Origin: Eggerthellaceae bacterium
GTDB taxonomy: Bacteria; Actinomycetota; Coriobacteriia; Coriobacteriales; Eggerthellaceae
DNA length: 64,000 bases
Assembly: GCA_017459925.1 (NCBI GenBank)
Contig: JAFUCC010000002.1
Location: forward strand, 24,400-88,399
Direction: 5' to 3'
Part shown: positions 35,144 through 44,154 of the stretch, piece after piece
Layout of the letters: every line of letters starts with the position of its first letter
Position numbering within the stretch: the first letter of the stretch is position 1
Made by a program: the position numbers and the translations under genes
Notes under the pieces: generated by a model
Databases searched by the model: none
Told to the model about the DNA's origin: nothing
What the model saw: the letters and a program-made list of their open reading frames with translations, nothing else

Positions 35144-35383
35144 ATGGCAGTTAAGATTCGCCTCGCACGTCACGGCGCAAAGAAGCGCCCGTACTACCGC
35201 ATCGTCGTCGCCGATTCGCGCAAGCAGCGCGACGGCCGTTTCATCGAGGAAGTTGGCCGTTACAACCCGTGCGTCTCCCCGTCGTTCGTGTCCTTCGACA
35301 AGGAGCGCGTCGACTACTGGCTGAGCGTTGGCGCCCAGCCCACCGACACGGTTGCGCGTCTGCTCAAGAACGAGCAGGAATAA
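35144..35383 (+). CDS. rpsP: 30S ribosomal protein S16
   Basis: [26 protein letters not shown]. Confidence 0.96.
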   Translation: MAVKIRLARHGAKKRPYYRIVVADSRKQRDGRFIEEVGRYNPCVSPSFVSFDKERVDYWLSVGAQPTDTVARLLKNEQE

Positions 35384-35386
35384 ACG

Positions 35387-35635
35387 ATGTCGGAGCCTAA
35401 CGACATCGCGGGTCTGGTCGACTGCGTCGTCCGCCCCCTCGTCGACTACGAAGAGGACCTTCAGATCACTTCTCGCGAGGAGGACGGCGCTGTTCTCATC
35501 GAGATCAGCGTCAACGAGGAAGACACCGGCAAGATCATTGGCCGTCAGGGCCGCGTCATCAAGGCCATCCGCACGTTGGTGCGTGCGGCAGCGTCGCGCA
35601 ACGACATGCGCGTCGAAGTTGAGATCCTCGACTAA
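35387..35635 (+). CDS. KH-domain RNA-binding protein (YlqC family)
   Basis: GKIIGRQGRVIKAIRTL GXXG KH motif; conserved rpsP-KH-rimM position. Confidence 0.9.
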   Translation: MSEPNDIAGLVDCVVRPLVDYEEDLQITSREEDGAVLIEISVNEEDTGKIIGRQGRVIKAIRTLVRAAASRNDMRVEVEILD

Positions 35636-36151
35636 ATGCACGCTTGGGCCGACGTAGCGGTTCTCGCCAAGACAAAGAACCTGAAGGGAAGGTTCGTCGC
35701 ATATGCTGCGGCGGGCCTTCCTTTTTTGCTTGAAGATGGAGACGAGGTGGCGTTCGTGCCGCCGCAGCTCGACGTGCCGAGAAAGGCTGTCGTATCGTAC
35801 GTCAACCTGCTTGACGACCATACGGCTGAAATCGAGTTCGATGGTGTCGATGGCGATGCGGCAAGCGTTCTCGCGGGGTCGCATTGCCTTATTCCGAGAA
35901 ACGTCATTGACGAATCGGTATACGAAGAGGCTCCGGTGACATGGGAGGGGTGGACGGTCGTCGACGTGTCAGCTGATCAAATCGGAGTCGTCGCTGGCCT
36001 CCTCGACAATCCCGGACAGGCCCTTCTCGAAGTTGAGCGCGAGGACGGCTCGACCACGCTCGTTCCCGTTGTCGATGAAATCATCCGCGGGGTCGATGTC
36101 GAAGATAGGACGGTCCTTGTCGACCTTCCGAACGGCCTGCTTGATTTGTAG
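35636..36151 (+). CDS. rimM: 16S rRNA processing protein RimM
   Basis: Size, position between KH gene and trmD, PRC-barrel-like C-terminus. Confidence 0.85.
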   Translation: MHAWADVAVLAKTKNLKGRFVAYAAAGLPFLLEDGDEVAFVPPQLDVPRKAVVSYVNLLDDHTAEIEFDGVDGDAASVLAGSHCLIPRNVIDESVYEEAPVTWEGWTVVDVSADQIGVVAGLLDNPGQALLEVEREDGSTTLVPVVDEIIRGVDVEDRTVLVDLPNGLLDL

Positions 36152-36159
36152 GTGCTGCC

Positions 36160-36954
36160 ATGATCATCGAAACGCTGTCAACCTTCCCGAACATGTACGA
36201 TTCCGTCATGGGTTCGTCGATGATGCGAATCGCGCAAGACAAGGGCCTGCTCGAGTTCCGCGCGTACGATTTGCGCGATTGGACGCATGATCGCCACCGC
36301 ACGACCGACGACGACCCATATGGCGGCGGAGCCGGCCTCGTGATGAAATGCGAGCCCATTTTCGAGGCATATCAGGCAATCACGGGAATCGACTTGGGAC
36401 TTGGCGTTTCGGAAACCGGGAACGAGCAGCCGCATACTGGGCCTGTGCCCGAGCATGCAGACGGCCCTCGTCCCACGACCGTGTTCCTCACTCCGTGCGG
36501 TAGGCGCTTCGATGACGAGTTGGCGCTCGAGCTGTCCGCCAAAGACAGGCTGCTGTTCGTATGCGGTCATTACGAGGGCATCGACGAGCGCGCTTACAAG
36601 CTCGCCGATTACCAGATTTCGCTTGGCGATTACGTGCTGACGAGCGGCGAGCTTGCATCTATGGTCGTCATCGACGCAGTTGTGCGCAAGATCGACGGAG
36701 TCCTCGGCGCCGAGGATGGCGCGTCGGACGAAAGCTTCGCAAAGGGCCTGCTCGAGCACCCCCAGTACACGCGGCCAAGCGAGTTCCTCGGAATGCGCGT
36801 TCCCGATGTGTTGCTGTCTGGGGATCATGGCGCAATTGCCGCGTGGAAGCGCGAGCAGAGCCTGCTGAGGACGAAAGAGCTCAGGCCCGAGCTGATCGAC
36901 AAGGCGGAGTTGTCGGAAGGCGATTTGAAGTTTCTGAAAAGTTTAGCCGAGTAA
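36160..36954 (+). CDS. trmD: tRNA (guanine37-N1)-methyltransferase
   Basis: DDDPYGGGAGLVM, VCGHYEGIDERA, LGDYVLTSGE; carries a ~35 aa insert. Confidence 0.95.
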   Translation: MIIETLSTFPNMYDSVMGSSMMRIAQDKGLLEFRAYDLRDWTHDRHRTTDDDPYGGGAGLVMKCEPIFEAYQAITGIDLGLGVSETGNEQPHTGPVPEHADGPRPTTVFLTPCGRRFDDELALELSAKDRLLFVCGHYEGIDERAYKLADYQISLGDYVLTSGELASMVVIDAVVRKIDGVLGAEDGASDESFAKGLLEHPQYTRPSEFLGMRVPDVLLSGDHGAIAAWKREQSLLRTKELRPELIDKAELSEGDLKFLKSLAE

Positions 36955-37035
36955 CCGCAGTTCACATGCTTAGCGGTATCATATAAGTTCGCGTTTTAAG
37001 TAAGCATGTCATCGGATTTTTGAACAGGGGAAAAC

Positions 37036-37620
37036 GTGCAGGTCGTGGATTCCGGACAACACGCAGCTGAGAGGCCGCATAGCGCTTTGCGGTCGTTTCT
37101 CAGCATCGTGATCATGGTCGCCGTTGTGGCGATCATCACGGTGTTGCTCCGCCTGTTCGTGTTCGTGCCCTACGAGATACCGTCCGGTTCGATGGAGGAA
37201 ACCATCATGACCGGGGACATGGTGTTCTCGGAGAAGGTCACCTATTATTTCCGGGAACCGCAACGAGGTGACATCGTTACGTTCGACGACCCCGAGGTTG
37301 CGGGCCGCACGCTCATCAAGCGCGTCATCGCGGTCGGCGGGCAGACGGTCGACCTCGTCGATGGAAAGGTCGTCGTGGACGGCGTCACTGTCGACGAGCC
37401 GTACACCAACGGCAAGGAATCGTATCCGCTCAGCCGTACCGCCACTGACGTTACCGTCGAGTTTCCCTACACCGTGCCCAGCGGATACGTGTGGGTAATG
37501 GGCGACAACCGAACAAGTTCGCAGGATTCGCGTTATTTCGGGGCGATACCGGTTAGCTCGATCACCGGTCGCGCCGCACTGGTGTATTGGCCTTTCAGCG
37601 ATTTCGGCTTGCTGTCGTAA
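37036..37620 (+). CDS. lepB: signal peptidase I
   Basis: TM anchor, IPSGSMEETI, KRVIAVGG, GDNRTSSQDSRYFG. Confidence 0.92.
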   Translation: MQVVDSGQHAAERPHSALRSFLSIVIMVAVVAIITVLLRLFVFVPYEIPSGSMEETIMTGDMVFSEKVTYYFREPQRGDIVTFDDPEVAGRTLIKRVIAVGGQTVDLVDGKVVVDGVTVDEPYTNGKESYPLSRTATDVTVEFPYTVPSGYVWVMGDNRTSSQDSRYFGAIPVSSITGRAALVYWPFSDFGLLS

Positions 37621-37677
37621 ACGCGCGTTGCCGTGTGCAAGCCGCATGGCGCGCCGATGAAGGAGATGAAGGAGAAC

Positions 37678-38604
37678 ATGGCAAACAGGACAGAGACGGC
37701 TCCCACGTTCCAGGACGTCATCATGAACCTGCAACGGTATTGGGCCGACCAGGGCTGCGTTGTGTTGCAGCCTTACGACAACGAGGTCGGTGCTGGCACG
37801 TTCCACACGGCCACCACGCTGCGGTCGCTGGGTCCGGGGGTGTGGCGCACGGCATACGTGCAACCGTCGCGTCGCCCGACAGACGGACGCTACGGCGAGA
37901 ACCCCAACCGCCTGCAGCATTACTACCAGTTCCAAGTCATCCTGAAGCCGTCTCCCGATGACGTGCAGCAGCTGTACCTCGACTCGCTGCGCGCCATCGG
38001 AATCGACATCGACGAACACGATGTGCGCTTCGTCGAGGACGACTGGGAGTCCCCGACGCTTGGCGCCTGGGGCCTCGGCTGGGAGGTTTGGATCGACGGC
38101 ATGGAAGTCACGCAGTTCACCTACTTCCAGCAGGTCGGCGGCTTCGAATGCAGCCCGGTTCCAGCCGAGATCACGTACGGGCTCGAGCGTCTGACCATGT
38201 ACATCCAAGGCGTCGACAGCGTCTATGACATCGTCTGGTCACGCGGCGAGGACGGCACCGTGTTCACATATGGCGACGTGTTCCTCGAGAACGAGCGCGA
38301 GTTCTCGGCGTACAACTTCGAAGTCGCCGATACCGATTTCCTGTTCGGAGAGTTCGACCGTTACGAGCGCGAATGCAACCGCGTGCTCGAGGCGGGCCTT
38401 CCGCTGCCGGCGTACGACTATGTGCTGAAGTGCAGCCATGCATTCAACCTGCTCGATGCGCGCGGCGTCATCTCGCAGACCGAGCGCATGGGCTACATCT
38501 TGCGCGTGCGCACCATCGCCAAGGCGTGCTGCGCGAGCTATCTCGAGCATGTCGTGGGCGAGAGTACCTCGACCGAGGGGAAGGGGGCCGAAGATGGCGA
38601 ATAA
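37678..38604 (+). CDS. glyQ: glycine-tRNA ligase alpha subunit
   Basis: [37 protein letters not shown]; ATG 37678 behind GAAGGAG. Confidence 0.95.
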   Translation: MANRTETAPTFQDVIMNLQRYWADQGCVVLQPYDNEVGAGTFHTATTLRSLGPGVWRTAYVQPSRRPTDGRYGENPNRLQHYYQFQVILKPSPDDVQQLYLDSLRAIGIDIDEHDVRFVEDDWESPTLGAWGLGWEVWIDGMEVTQFTYFQQVGGFECSPVPAEITYGLERLTMYIQGVDSVYDIVWSRGEDGTVFTYGDVFLENEREFSAYNFEVADTDFLFGEFDRYERECNRVLEAGLPLPAYDYVLKCSHAFNLLDARGVISQTERMGYILRVRTIAKACCASYLEHVVGESTSTEGKGAEDGE

Positions 38605-40678
38605 GACGCTTGCCTTTGAAATCGGCACCGAGGAGCTGCCCGCATTCGATTTGCATGCCGCAACCGAGAAACTCGGCGATTTGGCTTCTACGGCGCTTGA
38701 CGGCGCAAAGATTCCGCATGGCGACGTTTCCGTGTACACCACGCCGCGCCGCCTCATCGTCATCGTCGCCGATGTTCCCGAGGCTACCGAAGCCGCCGTT
38801 GAAGAGTTCCGTGGCCCTGCTGCCAAGATCGCGTTCGACGAGAGCGGCGAGCCGACGAAGGCTGCCATCGGTTTTGCACGCGGCAAGGGCGTCGACCCTG
38901 CGAGCCTCGAGCGCCGCGACGAGAACGGCACCGAGTACGTGTACGCCGTGAAGGAGACCCCTTCGCTTGACGTGGTCGCATTGCTGCCCGACTTGCTCGG
39001 CAACCTCATCACGGCTATCTCTTGGCCTAAATCGCAGCGCTGGGGAAGCCGCCGCGAGCAGTTCAGCCGTCCGGTGCGCTGGATCCTCGCGATGCTCGGC
39101 GAGACGGTCGTGCCCGTCGAGTTCGCTGGCCTCGTAGCCGGGAACACGACGCGCGGCCACCGGTTCTTGAACCCCGGTCCGCATGAGGTTGCGTCGGCTG
39201 AGAAGCTCATCGACGTGTTGCGTGCTGCGAACGTCGTTCCGAGCGAAGCAGAGCGCGAGAGCTCGATTCGCGAGCAGGTGAGAGCCATCGAGGCCGAAAC
39301 GGGGCTCGTCGCCGAGCTTCCCGCGAAGACGATGGAAGAGGTTGTGAACCTGACCGAATTCCCTACTGTCATGGTCGGCGAGTTCGACGAGCTGTTCCTG
39401 GCCGTGCCGAAGGAGATCACGGTTGACGCCATGCTCGTTCATCAGCGTTACTTCCCGCTGTTCAATGCAGACGGCACGCTTTCCAACAAGTTCCTCATCA
39501 CGTCGAACGGCAATCCCGATTTCCGCGAGAACATCGTCGACGGCAACCAGCGCGTTGTCGCCGCGCGCCTCTATGACGCGAAGTTCTTCTATGACGAGGA
39601 CCTGAAGAAACCGCTCGAGGCATATGTCGAGCGCTTGGGCGAGGTCGTGTTCCAGGAATCCCTCGGCACGACGCGCGCCAAGACCGACCGCATCGTCGAG
39701 CTTGCGAAGCGCCTTGCTGCAGATGCGGGGCTCGCGGGCCAAGACGCCGCAGATGCCGAGCGAGCAGCTTATCTGTGCAAGGCAGACCTTGTCACTGGCG
39801 CGGTGGTCGAGTTCACGAGCGTTCAGGGCATCATGGGCCGCTACTATGCGAAGGCTGCAGGCGAGACCGACCAGGTTGCTGAAGCCATCGCAGACCATTA
39901 CCGTCCGCGATTCGCAGGGGACGACACGCCGGCCAGCATGGTGGGCAAAGTTGTTGCCGCAGCTGACAAGCTCGACACGATTTGCGGCCTGTTCGCTGTG
40001 GGGCAAGGCCCGACTGGCTCTTCCGACCCGTTTGCCTTGCGCCGTTCCGCCATCGGCATTTTGGCGATGCTCGAAGACGGCCTCGACATCTCGCTCATCG
40101 ACGCCATCGACTCCGCGCTCGACATTTACGAGCAAGGCGGATTGAAGTTCGACCGTGAAGCCGTGCGTGCCGAAGTCGTCGATTTCTTCGTTACGCGCAC
40201 CAAGGTCATGTTGCGCGATTCCGGCATAGCAGCCGATACCGTCGACGCCGTTCTCGCATCTGGCGTTGCCGAGCCTATGGTCATCATGGGCCGTGCCCGC
40301 GCGCTTGAAAGCGCCCGAGCCAACGACAAGGAAACGTTCGACGATTTGGCCACGGCTTACGCGCGCGCGAACAACCTACGCGATGCCGAGCTTGGCGCCG
40401 ATGTCGACGAGTCGCTTTTCGGCGATGAGGAGAAGGCGCTGAACGCTGCCGTGGCAGCCGCCGAATCCGCCGTTGCCAATGCGCTCGCTGCCGATGATTA
40501 CCCGCAGGCTCTGTCTGTGCTCGCTGGTTTGCGCGGGCCTATCGATGCGTTCTTCGAGAACGTCATGGTGATGGATGAGGACGACAAGGTGCGCGCCAAC
40601 CGCCTGAAGCTCCTCAACCGCTTCGTCGGCGTGTTCGGGAACGTCGCGGACTTCGGGAAGATGTCGAAGAGCAAGTAA
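38594..40678 (+). CDS. glyS: glycine-tRNA ligase beta subunit
   Basis: [17 protein letters not shown]; ATG 38594 overlaps the glyQ end by 11 nt. Confidence 0.93.
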   Translation: MANKTLAFEIGTEELPAFDLHAATEKLGDLASTALDGAKIPHGDVSVYTTPRRLIVIVADVPEATEAAVEEFRGPAAKIAFDESGEPTKAAIGFARGKGVDPASLERRDENGTEYVYAVKETPSLDVVALLPDLLGNLITAISWPKSQRWGSRREQFSRPVRWILAMLGETVVPVEFAGLVAGNTTRGHRFLNPGPHEVASAEKLIDVLRAANVVPSEAERESSIREQVRAIEAETGLVAELPAKTMEEVVNLTEFPTVMVGEFDELFLAVPKEITVDAMLVHQRYFPLFNADGTLSNKFLITSNGNPDFRENIVDGNQRVVAARLYDAKFFYDEDLKKPLEAYVERLGEVVFQESLGTTRAKTDRIVELAKRLAADAGLAGQDAADAERAAYLCKADLVTGAVVEFTSVQGIMGRYYAKAAGETDQVAEAIADHYRPRFAGDDTPASMVGKVVAAADKLDTICGLFAVGQGPTGSSDPFALRRSAIGILAMLEDGLDISLIDAIDSALDIYEQGGLKFDREAVRAEVVDFFVTRTKVMLRDSGIAADTVDAVLASGVAEPMVIMGRARALESARANDKETFDDLATAYARANNLRDAELGADVDESLFGDEEKALNAAVAAAESAVANALAADDYPQALSVLAGLRGPIDAFFENVMVMDEDDKVRANRLKLLNRFVGVFGNVADFGKMSKSK

Positions 40679-40680
40679 CC

Positions 40681-40783
40681 GATGAGTAGCAGGACTGTCC
40701 TGCTACTCATTTTCTAGCAACCAACCGTGCTCGCAGACTGTCATAGGAAATGAGTAGCAAGACAGTCCTGCTACTCATTTTTT
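40681..40783. repeat. family-B paired palindrome (copy B2)
   Basis: ATGAGTAGCAGGACTGTCCTGCTACTCAT (40682-40710) and ATGAGTAGCAAGACAGTCCTGCTACTCAT (40750-40778), 39-nt spacer; between convergent glyS and the VTC gene. Confidence 0.95.
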
Positions 40784-41681
40784 ACGAAGCGCGCTGCATG
40801 TCCTCTAAGCCGTAGCCTGGTGATGGCTGGATCAGGGTTTCGGTATTCATGGCGCGCTCCTTGGATGTGGGGATGCGGTAAATCGAGACCTTGCCGGAAT
40901 CGGTTTTGCGCACTTGGACGGCGCCTTGTTCGGCGAGGACGCGCTTGTAGGCATTTCCGTATTTCGAGAAGGAACGCGGGTAAGCTCCAACCGACGAGAG
41001 AAGCTCGCAGAGCCATACAGGGTAGCCGCCTGCGCACTTGATCTCCATGATCACCTGATCGGGCGCAGTGACGGGGCGGCGTTGAACCGAGCCTTCCTCC
41101 ATAAGGTCGACGTAGCAGATGTCTTCGTCGAACGTGATGCGGTCGACGCAGTCTTCGTCTGCCGGGTCGATCTTGCACCACGCTTCTCGCAAGCAGCTGA
41201 TGAGCATCGACGGTTTCAGGCCTTCGTAGCGGTCGAAGAACGCATCGAGCTCGCGTGCGATTTGCACTTTGCCGGGGAGCAGCTCCTTGCTGCCATCTGT
41301 TCCGGGAATGGGGAGCTGCGTTTGCGCGTCCTCGTAGGACATGCCGTTGATGTAGGCTCGCGCGCCTTCGGCGCTCATGCGCACGCGGCGTTTGTACACG
41401 ATGCCCTTGAACTTCTTCTTGATCTCGACGAATACCGACTCTGCTTCTGAAAACGGGCCGTAGCTGCGGATGCGCAGCTTCTCTTTGTAAAGGGGCTTTT
41501 CAAGCGATCTGCAGATCAGCGAGCGGTCGGGCGTGTCCAAATAAAGGCTGTCGATGCGCGTCGCCCCGTAGTCGTCGAGGCGCATGTGGGCGGCGAGCCC
41601 TGCCTTGATGGCCTCGCATTGCCCGGTCGTTATGAGGTACTTCTTCTCTTTGCGTTCAAAGGTGTCTGCTGCAGTAGCCAT
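40782..41681 (-). CDS. VTC-domain protein (triphosphate-tunnel, Vtc4-like polyphosphate polymerase fold)
   Basis: FERKEKKYLI N-terminal acidic/basic tunnel motif, SLYLDTPD, KEKLRIRSY, VEIKKKFKGIVYKRR, CLREAW, RITFDEDI, VIMEIKCAGGYPVWL, SFSKYGNAY. Collinear with bacterial VTC-domain proteins as I recall them. ATG 41681 behind AAGGGAAAGGAAG. Confidence 0.8.
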   Translation of the reverse strand: MATAADTFERKEKKYLITTGQCEAIKAGLAAHMRLDDYGATRIDSLYLDTPDRSLICRSLEKPLYKEKLRIRSYGPFSEAESVFVEIKKKFKGIVYKRRVRMSAEGARAYINGMSYEDAQTQLPIPGTDGSKELLPGKVQIARELDAFFDRYEGLKPSMLISCLREAWCKIDPADEDCVDRITFDEDICYVDLMEEGSVQRRPVTAPDQVIMEIKCAGGYPVWLCELLSSVGAYPRSFSKYGNAYKRVLAEQGAVQVRKTDSGKVSIYRIPTSKERAMNTETLIQPSPGYGLEDMQRAS

Positions 41682-41711
41682 GTTGGGCTTCCTTTCCCTT
41701 GTGCCATGAGC

Positions 41712-41744
41712 ATGGTACGCGTCGCACCTGAATCGAAGCTGAAA
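41712..41744 (-). promoter_or_regulatory. Pho-box-like operator plus -10 for the VTC gene
   Basis: Minus strand reads TTTCAG-cttcg-ATTCAG-10 nt-TACCAT. Confidence 0.55.
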
Positions 41745-41750
41745 GAGCGT

Positions 41751-41782
41751 TTTCAGGCAGGTTTCAGCTTCTCGGCTAGAAT
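41751..41782 (+). promoter_or_regulatory. Pho-box-like operator plus -10 for the two-component operon
   Basis: TTTCAG-gcagg-TTTCAG-9 nt-TAGAAT, 28 nt upstream of the response-regulator ATG. Confidence 0.55.
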
Positions 41783-41809
41783 GGGCTTGTACGCGGAAAG
41801 GCGGAACCA

Positions 41810-42484
41810 ATGCAGATACTCATCGTTGAAGACGACATTCGGCTGGCCCAGGCAGTTGGGAAAATCCTCGAGGAAAACGACTATCAAGTCGATATGGTGC
41901 ACGATGGGCAATCAGGTCTCGATTACGCCGAGTCGGGCATTTACGACGTGGTGATCCTCGACGTCATGTTGCCGAAGATGGACGGGTTCGAGGTGTCGAA
42001 GCAGCTGCGCCGCAAGGGCGTAGACACGCCGGTGCTCATGCTTACGGCACGCGCCCAGATTCCCGACAAGATCGAAGGGCTCGATTCGGGCGCAGACGAC
42101 TACATGACCAAGCCGTTTTCGCCGGCAGAGTTGCTGGCGCACCTGAGGGCTCTCACGCGGCGCACAGGTCAGGTCGTGTTCGAGACCCTTGCGTTTTCCG
42201 ACCTCGAGCTGAACCTCGAAAGCCACGATTTGAAATGCGGCAGCAAGTCCATCAACCTGTCGTACAAAGAGTTCTCGCTCATAAACATCCTCATGACCAA
42301 CCATGGGCAAATCGTGTCGAAAGAAACCCTCATCTCGAAAGTCTGGGGCGTGGAGTCAACCGCCGTCGATAATAATGTGGAAGCATACGTGTCGTTCTTG
42401 CGCAAGAAGCTGAAGTTCCTCGGTTCGAAGGCGCAAATCGAGACGATCAGGAAAGTGGGATACCGCCTGACCGACGAGGGTTAG
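41810..42484 (+). CDS. OmpR/PhoB-family response regulator
   Basis: MQILIVEDD, receiver Asp in VILDVMLPKMDG, winged-helix C-domain ending IETIRKVGYRL. Confidence 0.93.
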   Translation: MQILIVEDDIRLAQAVGKILEENDYQVDMVHDGQSGLDYAESGIYDVVILDVMLPKMDGFEVSKQLRRKGVDTPVLMLTARAQIPDKIEGLDSGADDYMTKPFSPAELLAHLRALTRRTGQVVFETLAFSDLELNLESHDLKCGSKSINLSYKEFSLINILMTNHGQIVSKETLISKVWGVESTAVDNNVEAYVSFLRKKLKFLGSKAQIETIRKVGYRLTDEG

Positions 42485-42485
42485 C

Positions 42486-43832
42486 ATGCTGAAAAAACTT
42501 CGCATCAAGTTCGTGGCGATCATCATGGCCTCGGTGGCCGTGGTGCTCGCCATCGTGTTCACGGGAATCTGCGTATCCGAATACCAACGCAGCATGTCGA
42601 CGGTGAGCGAAGCGCTGAGCACTTCGATCGACAGGGCGAGTAACGACGGCCTTAATGCACCCGATCCGTTCATGAAGGGCGGCATGCGGTTTGACATCGA
42701 AAGCGCTTTCGAGGACTTCGATGATGTTGACGAGCTGTCCGACATGGTGAACGAGTTCATCGATGAACGCGAATTCGGAGGCCCGCGCATTGGTGGAGGC
42801 CGCGAGGAAGAACGCTCTCTTGTGCCAGTGGCCGTGTACGTACTCGATTCCTCCGGGACCTACACCGCCGTATCCCGCTACACCACCGCTTATATCGAGG
42901 AGGATGTGCTTACGTCTGCTTCAAGCCAGCTTGTAAGCGTTGGGGAGGGGAGCGGTGAGCTTTCGAGCCTGGGGCTCGTGTACGAGAAGCGCTCGGTTGA
43001 AGGATTCACCTATGTCGCCTTCGCCGATGCATCGTATGCGTCGAGCTGGCAATCGCTCGCAGTTTCGCTTCTAATTGCGGGAATCCTCACCCTTGCCGTG
43101 TTCTTCGTGATCGCGCTATTGCTCTCGAAGTGGGCGCTCAAACCCGTTGAAGAGGCGTGGACCGCGCAACGTCAATTCGTGGCCGACGCATCTCATGAGC
43201 TGAAGACCCCGCTAACGGTCGTTCTGGCGAACACGTCTATCCTGCTGAAGCACCCAGAGTCCACCATCGCGAACCAAAGCCAGTGGATCGAGAGCACCCA
43301 AGTGGAAGCCGAGAGCATGCAAGGGCTCGTGAACGAGATGCTTGAACTTGCCCAGGTCGAATCGCGGGCAAATGTGCAGCATGAAGAATTCGATTTCAGC
43401 GATATGGTGGCCGGCGAGACGCTGCAGTTCGAGTCTGTCGCCTACGAGCGCGGCTGCCGGTTCGAGGAATCGGTTGCCGAGGGAATCACGGTTTCCGGAG
43501 ACGCCCAACGCCTGCGCAAGATGACCTCGACCCTTATCGAGAACGCCTTGAAGTACGTCGATGAGGGCGGGTTGGTCGAAGTGAAGCTGGAAGCCAAAGG
43601 CGACATAGCCCATATGACCATTCACAACACTGGCTCGACAATAGCGCCCGAGGATCTTCCGCATATCTTCGACCGTTTCTACCGCACCGACAAGGCGCGC
43701 ACATCCGGTACCGGCGGCTTCGGCCTCGGCCTCGCCATCGCCCGCGAAATCGCCCGCGAGCACGACGGCGACATAACCTGCGACAGCAACGAATCAGGTA
43801 CCACTTTTACTGCAACCCTCCCGATAGCTTAA
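42486..43832 (+). CDS. sensor histidine kinase (two TM helices, ~150 aa external loop)
   Basis: H-box ASHELKTPLT, N-box ENALKY, G-boxes HNTGSTI / GTGGFGLGLAIA. Confidence 0.92.
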   Translation: MLKKLRIKFVAIIMASVAVVLAIVFTGICVSEYQRSMSTVSEALSTSIDRASNDGLNAPDPFMKGGMRFDIESAFEDFDDVDELSDMVNEFIDEREFGGPRIGGGREEERSLVPVAVYVLDSSGTYTAVSRYTTAYIEEDVLTSASSQLVSVGEGSGELSSLGLVYEKRSVEGFTYVAFADASYASSWQSLAVSLLIAGILTLAVFFVIALLLSKWALKPVEEAWTAQRQFVADASHELKTPLTVVLANTSILLKHPESTIANQSQWIESTQVEAESMQGLVNEMLELAQVESRANVQHEEFDFSDMVAGETLQFESVAYERGCRFEESVAEGITVSGDAQRLRKMTSTLIENALKYVDEGGLVEVKLEAKGDIAHMTIHNTGSTIAPEDLPHIFDRFYRTDKARTSGTGGFGLGLAIAREIAREHDGDITCDSNESGTTFTATLPIA

Positions 43833-43902
43833 AAAGTAAAAGAGAGTAGCCCACTGCAGAGGGAAGGGGGTGAGGGCGATTCCGCAGCTACGCGAGGCGG
43901 CA

Positions 43903-44006
43903 AGTTGAACGTTACCCCAGGGACGATGTTCAAATTGAAAGAACGCTTTAACGCAAAGTTGAAGTTTCAACAAATTTGAACATCGTCCCTGGGGTAACGT
44001 TCAACT
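43903..44006. repeat. family-A paired palindrome (copy A3), nested in an outer 13-bp inverted repeat
   Basis: 34-bp perfect arms AGTTGAACGTTACCCCAGGGACGATGTTCAAATT / AATTTGAACATCGTCCCTGGGGTAACGTTCAACT, 36-nt loop; outer GAGGGAAGGGGGT (43859-43871) pairs with ACCCCCTTCCCTC (44037-44049). Confidence 0.95.
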
Positions 44007-44081
44007 AGCTGGTGAGTCTGCGAGGACAAGCCCGAAACCCCCTTCCCTCAACCCGGAGCGGACAGAAGGACAAACGCATCC

Positions 44082-44114
44082 TTTCAGCATCTTTTAAGTT
44101 TCCTTTCCTACTAT
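44082..44114 (+). promoter_or_regulatory. Pho-box-like operator plus -10 for the DUF4956 gene
   Basis: TTTCAG-catct-TTTAAG-10 nt-TACTAT, 41 nt upstream of ATG 44155. Confidence 0.55.
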
Positions 44115-44154
44115 TTGCCTATCAACGGGAAACCTTTGGGAAAGGAAACCAATC

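Noticed and set aside
37621-37677. T-box or riboswitch leaders upstream of glyQS, cysK or mtnA (50030-50170) and the pur genes.
   Set aside because: The spacers are too short (57-140 nt) and lack specifier, antiterminator or known riboswitch core sequences.
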